NCBI GenBank assembly: GCA_035339375.1
Contig: DAOQID010000006.1
Span: 1 to 57,408 of the forward strand
Reading direction: 5' to 3'
DNA from: Anaerolineales bacterium
Lineage (GTDB): Bacteria; Chloroflexota; Anaerolineae; Anaerolineales; Villigracilaceae
DNA: 57,408 bases
The first letter of the stretch is position 1; each line of letters starts with the position of its first letter. The notes below the pieces were generated by a model. It did not search any database. It worked only from the letters and a program-made list of their open reading frames with translations, and was not told the origin of the DNA. Made by a program: the position numbers and the translations under genes. Positions 1 to 8,705 of the stretch are shown in pieces.

Positions 1-96
1 AATTCAAGGCAACCCGCCCCAATAATTGGTGATAGAATACCAAAGGCCGTTTGGCCTTTTTGAATGTACTTATCACATGCAAGGATCTCGCCCTGA

Positions 97-1290
97 ATGA
101 AATATAACTTCCGCCTGTTTTGGCGCACCTTCTATCGCTCATTCTTTGACTCAAAAAACACTCCAGCCCGCCTCACCCGCAAAAGAATCACCTTCCTTAT
201 CCTTTTCTATCTCGTCTGGCCCATCGGCGGATTGATACACTGGTTCTGCTTTGCGCTTGATGACATCCTCTTCCCCGCCTACAAAAATCACCCCATCGAA
301 AAACCTCTTTTCATCCTCGGCAATTTGCGCAGCGGATCGACCTTTTTACATCGCCTGCTCTCACGAGACACAGAGACCTTCACCAGCCTGACCACATGGG
401 ATATCTACCTCACGCCCTCCGTGACCCAGAAAAAATTCACACAGCTTATTGCAAGGCTTGATAACAAATATCTTGGCGGAACCTTACACAAGCTGTTGTA
501 CAAATTCGACGCCGCCACCCTCGGAAAGATCAAAATTCATCCCATCTCCTTCTTTCAACCCGAAGAGGACGAGAACATCCATCTGCATATCTGGGACGGC
601 TACTTCGTCACCTTCCTCTTCCCCTTCATGGATGAATTCCCCAATTACCAGCATTTCGACGAAGCCCTCAGCCCTGAACATAAAAAACGCATCATGACCT
701 TTTACCGCTCCATGATCCAGCGGCACATGTATGCGAACGGCAAAAAATATTTCGTGGCCAAAAACCCCGCCTTCAGCGCCAAGATCGAAACGCTCGCCGA
801 ATTCTTCCCCGAAGCCCGCATCATCTATCTCGCCCGCAACCCGCTCGACATGCTGCCCTCCACCATCTCGTGGATCAATTATGCCAGGCGTCAATTCACC
901 GACCCAGGCGAAGGATTCTTTTACATTGAAGAAATCGTTGACATGACCAAACACTGGTACAGTCACCCGCTCCAATATTTAGACTCGCATCCCTCGCCCC
1001 GCCACCTTATTATGAAATACGATGACCTGATCCAGCGTCCAGAGACCGTCATCCGCGCCTTCTATGAACAATTCGGCTATCCCGATAAACCTGGCCTGCC
1101 AGTCATCATTGACCAGGCCGTGAAAGAAACTCTCACCTTTAACAGCGACCATGCCTATTCCTATGAAAGCATGGGGTTTACTCGTGAACAGATCGTTGCC
1201 ATGTACCCTGAGGTTTTCAAGCGCTTCAACTTTGAGACCCGCGAACCATTCATCGAATCGGAATTAATGAAAGTGGAAAGAAAAAAATAG
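97..1290 (+). CDS. Sulfotransferase family protein (PAPS-dependent) with N-terminal membrane segment
   Basis: 397-aa ORF; 5'-PSB-like motif GNLRSGSTFLHRLL, KNP motif and 3'-PB-like YLARNPLDMLPS; N-terminal hydrophobic helix. Confidence 0.8.
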   Translation: MKYNFRLFWRTFYRSFFDSKNTPARLTRKRITFLILFYLVWPIGGLIHWFCFALDDILFPAYKNHPIEKPLFILGNLRSGSTFLHRLLSRDTETFTSLTTWDIYLTPSVTQKKFTQLIARLDNKYLGGTLHKLLYKFDAATLGKIKIHPISFFQPEEDENIHLHIWDGYFVTFLFPFMDEFPNYQHFDEALSPEHKKRIMTFYRSMIQRHMYANGKKYFVAKNPAFSAKIETLAEFFPEARIIYLARNPLDMLPSTISWINYARRQFTDPGEGFFYIEEIVDMTKHWYSHPLQYLDSHPSPRHLIMKYDDLIQRPETVIRAFYEQFGYPDKPGLPVIIDQAVKETLTFNSDHAYSYESMGFTREQIVAMYPEVFKRFNFETREPFIESELMKVERKK

Positions 1291-1300
1291 CGCATCTGCC

Positions 1301-1347
1301 AAAACGAACTCGCCCGCGAAAGATCAATTTCGGGGCGAGTTCGTTTT
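1301..1347. terminator. Bidirectional intrinsic terminator
   Basis: AAAACGAACTCGCCC...GGGCGAGTTCGTTTT inverted repeat between convergent genes. Confidence 0.8.
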
Positions 1348-1373
1348 TAAGCGCAAATTGGGCACAAAATCAA

Positions 1374-2792
1374 TTATGGAAAATATAACTGAAGCAAACG
1401 GCCAGCCTCCTGGCCGTACGGGCCAGCGGGGTCCATATTTTTCACTTCATTCAATTTTTCAAAAGCCGCATCCCGATCACCCATTGAAAGATAGGTAAGG
1501 GCCAGATGAATATGTGCCTGCAAATGATCGGGAAAACGCGTTATCAAATCCACAAAGATGTTTTCAGCGTTGGCAAATCTTCCTGAAGAGAGATAAGCCC
1601 AACCCAATGCATCCAGAGTGAGCGGGTCATTCGGCGCAAGTTCCACTGCTTTTTCTGCGGCAGGCAACCCAATGTCTTCCATGTGAATGGTATTCTCAGC
1701 ACAAAAAACAGCCAGCAAACGCCAGTAGGTTGGGTCATCGGGCGCAAGCTCAGTGGCATGTTGATAGGCCGCCAACGCAGAAACAAGGTCACCGCGTTTG
1801 ATGTAGGCGTTCCCGATCTCTGCCTGCCAGGCAGGATTGGTCGGGTCGTATTCGGCAGCCAGCAAATACTCAGCCAGCATTTGTGGATACTTCTCCTGAC
1901 GCCGCCAGTACAACCCGCGCAAAGCACGGACCGTTACAGACTCATGGTCAAGGAGGACCGCCTGATCCAATTCAGCCAAACCGATGTTCTCCGCATCACT
2001 CTGCGCTGATTGCTGCTTCGCTTCGCCAAGCCACGCCCATGCCTCGGCATTTTCAGCGTTAAACGCAATGGCTTTTTCAAATGCAGCAACCGCCAAATCC
2101 CATTCCTGCACAAGGCCGAGGGCACGGCCAATGTGAATCATTTGTTCCGATGCATCGGGTTGGGTGGCAGATAAATTCAAGGCGGTCCGCAATGTCTGCA
2201 CCGCAGGATCAAATTCAGGGTTAAGGGAGGAAGCGAGCATCAAATCCGTGAGCGCCTGCTCGGGTTCAAGGACACTCAACAAGAGGCCGAGCCGATAACG
2301 GGCGTAGACATCCCCGCCGTTTGGGTCTAGACTCAATTGCGCTTCCAAAGCGGCGCGTTCTGCGGGCCAGTCTTTTTTCTGACGATAGGCAAAGGCCAGC
2401 AAACCATGCAGCATGGGCGCCTCGTGGGTTTGCAAACCGCGTTGAAGTACCGCGATCGCCGAATCCACCTCACCCAGCGACAGGTACGAGGAACCCAGCC
2501 AGCCCCAGCCTTCTTCTGAAAGTGTGTCACCAGCCTGATCTAAATATATGATGGCTTGCGCCGTATCCCCGCCTTTTGCTGAAGCAATGCCTGCCTTTTC
2601 CCACAACCCTGTTTGCCAGAAAAGAAGCCTTGCAGAACGCTCGTAGGCCTTGGCGGCTTCTGCATAATTTTGGGCTGTAAAGAGGGCATCGGCTTCTTTT
2701 AGCGAATTCTGGCCTGCCGCGACAAATGCAAAAAAAGTGGCCGCAGCAACGACCACGATGACGATGGGGATGAGAATTTTTTTCTTAAGCAT
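1374..2792 (-). CDS. Tetratricopeptide repeat protein with N-terminal signal/anchor
   Basis: Multiple TPR-like helix pairs (e.g. AWQAEIGNAYIKRGDLVSALAAYQHATELAPDD); start moved to MLKKK (ATG 2792), followed by a hydrophobic segment. Confidence 0.8.
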   Translation of the reverse strand: MLKKKILIPIVIVVVAAATFFAFVAAGQNSLKEADALFTAQNYAEAAKAYERSARLLFWQTGLWEKAGIASAKGGDTAQAIIYLDQAGDTLSEEGWGWLGSSYLSLGEVDSAIAVLQRGLQTHEAPMLHGLLAFAYRQKKDWPAERAALEAQLSLDPNGGDVYARYRLGLLLSVLEPEQALTDLMLASSLNPEFDPAVQTLRTALNLSATQPDASEQMIHIGRALGLVQEWDLAVAAFEKAIAFNAENAEAWAWLGEAKQQSAQSDAENIGLAELDQAVLLDHESVTVRALRGLYWRRQEKYPQMLAEYLLAAEYDPTNPAWQAEIGNAYIKRGDLVSALAAYQHATELAPDDPTYWRLLAVFCAENTIHMEDIGLPAAEKAVELAPNDPLTLDALGWAYLSSGRFANAENIFVDLITRFPDHLQAHIHLALTYLSMGDRDAAFEKLNEVKNMDPAGPYGQEAGRLLQLYFP

Positions 2793-2855
2793 TGCAATGG
2801 TAATTATACGTGAGCGAACCATATTTTTTTGAACTGGAAGTATAATAATGTCGAC

Positions 2856-5213
2856 ATGAGCCCTTTCACCAGTCAAATCTTTGAATTACTCACAGTTCCC
2901 ATCAACAACCTGCTTTATTACATCGTGCTTTCCTACGCGGTGGCAAGTGCGATGCTTTCGGCATTTATCCATTGGCGGGCCAGTGAATTTCCGCAAGCCC
3001 GCCGCGCGCTGATCGGTTTGGGGGTATTGCTTGCCGCACAGGTGACCATGTTCCTGTTCAGCGGGTTGGGCTGGCAGGGATTGATCGACCCAAAGATACT
3101 GCCGCCGATGGACCGTGCTTTCATTATCTTTGGAATTATTTGGATCACCTGGCTCTATGCCTTTCCTGAGCCCAGCCGTCCAGCCGATGCTGCTGCGGCT
3201 TTGTTGAGCGTTTTGGTGCTGACCGCGCTTGGGCTGAGTTTGCTTGCCTGGCAACCCCAGATCACAACCATCACCTACAACCAAACCTCTGATGACTGGT
3301 TCTGGCAAATTGGGTCGTTAGCGGTTGGGTTGATCGGCATCGCCATCATGTTCGTCCGCAAGCCAGATGGCATGTGGAACGGCATTGTTCTGCTTGGCTT
3401 GGGGATATTGGGGCATATCGGTCATCTGGCTTTTCCCATTGACGGAAATTACTCGGGCGTTGTCCGCATTGCTTATATGGCGGCCTACCCGATTCTGCTG
3501 ACATTACCGTTGCGTTTTTCCACACCCAGTTCTGCAAACGAATCACCAGCACGACAGATTACCCAAAAACAGGACGAAAACCTTGGGGAACGCAGACGGT
3601 ACAGCACAGACCCGAAGACCTTCCATGCCATGCTGGCACTTGCCGCAGAAACCAACCCCACGAAGGTCAGTCAGGCTATCACCCGTGCCATCGCACAGAC
3701 CATGCTCTCAGATCTGTGCTTTATGATTTACATCAACGATAACAGCAACCAAATGTCCATTGCAGGCGGTTACGATTTGATTCGTGAAGACGCTTTGGAA
3801 GGCGGCACGCTGAACAAAGGCTCCATTCCCATGCTGGCGAATTCCCTCCAGCGCGGGCGGCCGTTGCGAATGCCATCCAGCAGCACCTCTGCGGACATTA
3901 AAGGGTTGAGCGATATTCTTGGATTAACCAACCCCGGTCATCTTTTGAGCGTCCCGATTCTCACCGCTGAAAAAGAATCTCTGGGCGGCATCCTTTTGCT
4001 TTCGCCCTACTCAGACCGCACATGGACAGCTGAAGATCAGGCCTACCTTTCAAACATCGCCACCTCACTGGTGCCGATCATCCAACGCGGACAAAAGGTC
4101 AACAGAATGGAAGCGCAGAGCAGCGAAGCAATTCGAAGATCTGCCGACCTTGAGCACCGCGTACAGGAATTGACCGAAGAATTACACAACGCGCAGACGG
4201 AGATCCAAAAAGCAGGCTCTGTGGAAATGGCATCCCTGCTTCAGGCACAGGAAGAATCGCAGCGGATTATCGAACAGCTGCAGCTTGAAAACGCGGAATT
4301 GCGCACGGGCAAGAGTCTGCAAACAGGCGCAGCACCCGCTTCATTTGCCTCCGGTCAGATCGAGCAGGAATTGAAAACCACCCTGCAAGAGGTGGCCCGC
4401 CTGCAAAACCAACTCATGGAAGCCAATATGAAGACCCGCGAGTTGGAAAAGGGGCATGTGACGGTCAAGAGCACAGAACAGGCCGAAGTGGTTGCCTCGA
4501 TCGCACAGGAATTGCGTCAGCCACTATCATCCATTGTTGGGTACACAGACCTGCTGTTGGGTGAATCGGTTGGAATTTTAGGTGCGTTGCAGCGCAAGTT
4601 TGTGGAACGTGTCAAATCTTCCACGGAACGCATCCGCAGTTTGACCGATGACATGATTCAGATCACCACCCTGGAAGCAGAATTGAACGACCTCAATCCT
4701 GAAGCCGTGGATCTGAACGCGATCATTGACAACGCCATGTCTTACACCAGTACACAGGTGCGTGAGAAGAATATTTCCATGCATCTCGAATTGCCAAAAC
4801 AACTTGCCCCCATCCACGCAGATCGTGAAGCCTTACAGCAGATCCTCATCCACTTGCTGCAAAACGCAGGGGCGGCTTCGCCCTTCGAAGGCACGGTCAG
4901 GCTCAAGGTCCAGACCCGAAACGAGGAGAACACAGAGTTCATCCTTATTCAAGTAACCGACAGCGGCGGCGGCATCCCAGCCAAAGAATTGCCGCGTGTG
5001 TTCACCCGTCTCTACCGTGCGGACAATGTCCTCATTCAAGGTGTGGGAGATACGGGGGTTGGGCTTTCCATCGCAAAGACTCTCACCGAAGCACAACATG
5101 GCCGCATTTGGGTTGAAAGTGAACAGGACGTGGGCTCGACCTTTAGTGTGTTGCTACCCATCGCGGGCAGCGCAGAGACCAACCCGAAAACCAAGCCTAA
5201 AGGAAAGAAATAA
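2856..5213 (+). CDS. Multi-TM GAF/coiled-coil sensor histidine kinase homologue; H-box His replaced by Gln
   Basis: About 7 N-terminal TM helices, GAF-like region, coiled coil, HisKA-like IAQELRQPLSSI, HATPase N box (HLLQNA), G1 (DSGGG), F (VFTRLYR), G2 (GVGLSIAK). Confidence 0.8.
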   Translation: MSPFTSQIFELLTVPINNLLYYIVLSYAVASAMLSAFIHWRASEFPQARRALIGLGVLLAAQVTMFLFSGLGWQGLIDPKILPPMDRAFIIFGIIWITWLYAFPEPSRPADAAAALLSVLVLTALGLSLLAWQPQITTITYNQTSDDWFWQIGSLAVGLIGIAIMFVRKPDGMWNGIVLLGLGILGHIGHLAFPIDGNYSGVVRIAYMAAYPILLTLPLRFSTPSSANESPARQITQKQDENLGERRRYSTDPKTFHAMLALAAETNPTKVSQAITRAIAQTMLSDLCFMIYINDNSNQMSIAGGYDLIREDALEGGTLNKGSIPMLANSLQRGRPLRMPSSSTSADIKGLSDILGLTNPGHLLSVPILTAEKESLGGILLLSPYSDRTWTAEDQAYLSNIATSLVPIIQRGQKVNRMEAQSSEAIRRSADLEHRVQELTEELHNAQTEIQKAGSVEMASLLQAQEESQRIIEQLQLENAELRTGKSLQTGAAPASFASGQIEQELKTTLQEVARLQNQLMEANMKTRELEKGHVTVKSTEQAEVVASIAQELRQPLSSIVGYTDLLLGESVGILGALQRKFVERVKSSTERIRSLTDDMIQITTLEAELNDLNPEAVDLNAIIDNAMSYTSTQVREKNISMHLELPKQLAPIHADREALQQILIHLLQNAGAASPFEGTVRLKVQTRNEENTEFILIQVTDSGGGIPAKELPRVFTRLYRADNVLIQGVGDTGVGLSIAKTLTEAQHGRIWVESEQDVGSTFSVLLPIAGSAETNPKTKPKGKK

Positions 5214-6043
5214 TGCAAAGCATGCGCGACCTCAGAAACGCGCTTGTGGTAGCCATGATCTCGATCGGTTTGACGGTCGGGTCATTATCCATTTCCCTGG
5301 TGGAATTTGCCCCTCAGGCGGTTCCCAGTGCCACAAATCCTTTGCAAGTTGTCCCGCCACTGTTGACCGCCACGCCCACCGTCGTCCCTTCAATGACTGC
5401 GACCCTTGGGCTTGAATCGCCTACGCCCAGCCCCACATCCACCTTCACAGCCACTCCACCGCCCCCCACCACCTGCCCTCCGCCCACAGGCTGGACCCAG
5501 CTTGTGGTTCAAGCGGGGCAAACGCTTGATACCATTGCCCAACAATACCGCACCAGCAAGGAAAACCTGCGTGCTGGAAACTGCCTCATCAGTGACAACC
5601 TTGTGGCAGGCTCGATCATGTACGCCCCTGCCGTAATGACCAGCACCGTCCCCGCTTGTGTGCCAGGTGCTGCTGGTTGGAAAAAGTCATACACTGTTGT
5701 GTCAGGTGATACGCTTTACGCCATTGCCACCAATCATTCCACAACAGCAGGCTTGCTAAAGAGTGTAAACTGCCTGAGCCTCGACGATATCTACCCGGGC
5801 AATGTTTTATGGGTGCCAGATGTGCCCACGCGCACACCCAACCCCACTCCATTACCTGGCAGCACAGTGACCCCGATCCCGACCCAGTTGTTGACGGAAA
5901 CCGCCCTGCCTTACACTGCTACGACACTCCCCAGCGTAACGCCGACGGAAGTCCCAGCGACTCCCACCCCGACCACGCCTGCCACAGACACACCAACAAC
6001 TGCCCCCACCCTGACGGCAAGCCCAACCCCATTTCCCCCGTAA
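5213..6043 (+). CDS. Membrane-anchored protein with two LysM domains and Pro/Thr-rich linkers
   Basis: VVQAGQTLDTIAQQY...NCL and YTVVSGDTLYAIA...NCL LysM motifs; start overlaps kinase stop (TAATG). Confidence 0.85.
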   Translation: MQSMRDLRNALVVAMISIGLTVGSLSISLVEFAPQAVPSATNPLQVVPPLLTATPTVVPSMTATLGLESPTPSPTSTFTATPPPPTTCPPPTGWTQLVVQAGQTLDTIAQQYRTSKENLRAGNCLISDNLVAGSIMYAPAVMTSTVPACVPGAAGWKKSYTVVSGDTLYAIATNHSTTAGLLKSVNCLSLDDIYPGNVLWVPDVPTRTPNPTPLPGSTVTPIPTQLLTETALPYTATTLPSVTPTEVPATPTPTTPATDTPTTAPTLTASPTPFPP

Positions 6044-6096
6044 AAATCACCCCTACGGATGATCTTTTCGCGCTGATTCAAACAACGCCTACCTAG

Positions 6097-7608
6097 ATGA
6101 AATCCAATTCCGCCTTTTCGACCATCGCGCTTCTGGCGTTTTTGCTCTCAGCATGTGGCACACCCGCCGAAGCGGTTGTGCAAACGCCCCTGCCGTTCGT
6201 CTTGATCACATCGGCGCCAAACCCATCTCCCACACCAACACCTTTCCAACCATCGCTGAATACCCCTACACAGTCTGCAATTCTGTCTGCAGCAGTGGAT
6301 ACATCCACACCTGTACCGACGGTCATCCTGCCCACAGAAACGCCTTCGCCTACTTTAATTCCACCCACCGAATCAACGGCCACAGTGGATTTCAACCAGC
6401 TTTTCCCCACAGTTGCTGCCCCGCCCGTGGTTGAAGTAGTGGCCGTCACACCCACCGCCCTGCCTCCCCTCACCGATAACGAAACGGTCAACTTCCTGCT
6501 CATCGGCTCCGACAAACGCCCAGGCTCCTCCTACCGCACTGACACATTGGTCATTGCCATCGTCTGGCCAAAGGAAGGTCAGGTTTCGCTCATCTCCATC
6601 CCCCGCGATTTGTGGATCTACATCCCGACAGTGGGAATGCAACGTATCAACACCGCCTACCAAAGCGGAGAGATCGGCGGCTATGCCGGCGGCGGCGCTG
6701 GCTTGCTAAAAGACACTATCACCTACAACCTCGGCATCCGCATTGACCATACCGCCATGGTCGAGTTCGACGGATTCCGCCGAATCGTGGATACCCTTGG
6801 CGGAATTGAAGTCCCAGTTGCCTGCGCCTACACCGATTGGAGACTGATCGATCCCTCGCTCGACATGTACGATGAAAACAACTGGTGGTTATACACGGTT
6901 GGCCCCGGGCAGGTTCACATGGATGGCGATCTTGCACTCTGGTATGCACGTTCACGCTCCAAGTCTTCCGATTTTGACCGGGGCCGACGTCAGCAGGAAG
7001 TACTGCGAACCATTTTCCAAAAAGCCCTGCAAACTGACACCTTCAGCAAAATCCCCCAGCTTTACGAAGACTTCTCAAGCACCATCCTCACCGATATGGG
7101 ACTGGCAGACATGCTGCTCATGTCACCATACGCCGTCAACTTCACCAACGCCAACATCCGCGGCTATTTCATCCGCCCTCCCTACGTCACTTCGTGGACA
7201 ACCCCCGCAGGCGCGGCGGTTTTGCTCCCCAATGAAACCGAGCTCAACCAAATGCTCCTCGAAGCCACCACACTTTCCACTTTTGCCGAACAGCGCGAAA
7301 CCATCACCGTCGAAGTGCAAAATGGCTCCCCGTTCGACACCATGGAAAGCCTCGCTGCCTCACGCCTCAATTACGCAGGCTACCAAACCATCCTCTCGAA
7401 TGCCGACCGCCGCGACTATGCCAACTCCGTCCTGGTGGATTTCACCCCCGGGCAGGATGCCACCCAACGAGAAGCGATCATCGCCACCCTCAACCTGTAT
7501 ACCGCAAATGTAATTTCCCTCCCCGATGCAAACAGCACGGTGCAATATCGAGTCATCCTTGGCAGTGACTATCAGGCCTGTTTCCAGCCACAAGACCTCT
7601 CACATTGA
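6097..7608 (+). CDS. LCP (LytR-CpsA-Psr) family lipoprotein with LytR_C domain
   Basis: Lipobox LLSAC; NFLLIGSD, RTDTL, SIPRD, RIN.AY, ARSR..SDFDRGRRQQ motifs; C-terminal VEVQNGS...VILGSDY. Confidence 0.9.
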   Translation: MKSNSAFSTIALLAFLLSACGTPAEAVVQTPLPFVLITSAPNPSPTPTPFQPSLNTPTQSAILSAAVDTSTPVPTVILPTETPSPTLIPPTESTATVDFNQLFPTVAAPPVVEVVAVTPTALPPLTDNETVNFLLIGSDKRPGSSYRTDTLVIAIVWPKEGQVSLISIPRDLWIYIPTVGMQRINTAYQSGEIGGYAGGGAGLLKDTITYNLGIRIDHTAMVEFDGFRRIVDTLGGIEVPVACAYTDWRLIDPSLDMYDENNWWLYTVGPGQVHMDGDLALWYARSRSKSSDFDRGRRQQEVLRTIFQKALQTDTFSKIPQLYEDFSSTILTDMGLADMLLMSPYAVNFTNANIRGYFIRPPYVTSWTTPAGAAVLLPNETELNQMLLEATTLSTFAEQRETITVEVQNGSPFDTMESLAASRLNYAGYQTILSNADRRDYANSVLVDFTPGQDATQREAIIATLNLYTANVISLPDANSTVQYRVILGSDYQACFQPQDLSH

Positions 7609-7673
7609 AAAAAAAACGGCATCCCCGCCGCCAAGAACGGATTAAATCAACATTACAGTTTCAATCTCGGCAG

Positions 7674-7702
7674 TTGACAACCTCTCCTATATTCGCTAAA
7701 CT
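7674..7702 (+). promoter_or_regulatory. sigma70-type promoter for the integrase-like gene
   Basis: TTGACA (7674-7679), 17-nt spacer, TAAACT (7697-7702). Confidence 0.6.
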
Positions 7703-7741
7703 ATACGAAAAGACTATGCGCTAGTACGTAAGGAAGACCTT

Positions 7742-8641
7742 ATGGCAAAAACACCTGATTCCGCTCATATTTCAGCCAAGACCCTGCTCCCTGCCGCCAT
7801 CCAAGGCTGGGAAATGTTCATGCTCGATCAGGGACGTTCCACAAACACGGTCAAGGCTTTTCTTTCGGATGTCCGCCTGCTGACTCAATTCCTCCCCCCA
7901 GACCAATCCATCGGGTCCATCACGACCGAGGATCTCAATCGCTTCTTCACATGGATGGAAAAAGACCGCGGCATTCCATGCAGTCCCAAGACCCTTTCAC
8001 GGCGTATCACCTCCGTCAAGTCATTTTTCCGTTGGCTCCACCAGCACGGCTCTCTGGTTCTTGACCCCGCTGAAAAAGTGTTACAACGCTCTGCCATCAG
8101 CCCGCTTCCGCAAGTACTCACCGACGACGAATACGAGGCAGTTTTGCTGGCAGCAGACCGTCTCCGCAGGGCTTCCAAACCAGATGCCCGCTCCTACACT
8201 TTGGTATACCTGCTGCTCACGACAGGCATCAAAAAAAGCGAATGTCTTGGCATCCACATCAACCACATTGACCTTGAAGCCAAGAATGGACCCCATGTAT
8301 TCATTCGTTACGCCAGCCCTGCCAACCGCTACAAGGAACGCAAGATCCAACTGGCAGAAGACTGGCTCGAAGCCTATAAAGAATATCTCGCCCAATACCA
8401 ACCCGTTGACCAGGTTTTTGCATGGTCGCCGCGCAGGTTGGAATACCTCCTCGAAGATATCGGAAATGAAGCTGGCCTCACCAAGCACCTCTCCTTCGAT
8501 ATGTGCCGCTGGACCTGTGCCCTGCGTGATTATCAATCAGGCATGGAAGCAGACAACATCCGCCAAAAGCTTGGTGTTTCCAAAATTCAATGGCGCGAGT
8601 TGTTCATCAAGATCAGGCAATTGAACGGAGAGATAAAGTAA
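7742..8641 (+). CDS. Tyrosine recombinase/integrase-like protein (XerC/D fold) with degenerate catalytic residues
   Basis: N-terminal core-binding-like domain (STNTVKAFLSDV; SPKTLSRRITSVKSFFRWL), LPQVLT, TTGIKKSE, KERKI, FDMCRWT, QKLGV; no nucleophile Tyr. Confidence 0.75.
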   Translation: MAKTPDSAHISAKTLLPAAIQGWEMFMLDQGRSTNTVKAFLSDVRLLTQFLPPDQSIGSITTEDLNRFFTWMEKDRGIPCSPKTLSRRITSVKSFFRWLHQHGSLVLDPAEKVLQRSAISPLPQVLTDDEYEAVLLAADRLRRASKPDARSYTLVYLLLTTGIKKSECLGIHINHIDLEAKNGPHVFIRYASPANRYKERKIQLAEDWLEAYKEYLAQYQPVDQVFAWSPRRLEYLLEDIGNEAGLTKHLSFDMCRWTCALRDYQSGMEADNIRQKLGVSKIQWRELFIKIRQLNGEIK

Positions 8642-8673
8642 TCGTTCATCGCTAAAAACACCTCAAGAATAAT

Positions 8674-8705
8674 AAAATTTCCCGCTGACTAGAGCGGGAA
8701 ATTTT
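8674..8705. terminator. Bidirectional intrinsic terminator
   Basis: AAAATTTCCCGCT-GACTAG-AGCGGGAAATTTT between convergent genes. Confidence 0.8.

Noticed and set aside
5350-6480. Low-complexity C-rich stretches
   Set aside because: Explained by Pro/Thr-rich linkers of the LysM and LCP proteins.
7742-8641. Prophage or integrative element around the integrase-like gene
   Set aside because: No phage or conjugation genes, tRNA or att-like repeats seen; the flanks are housekeeping and the catalytic residues are degenerate.
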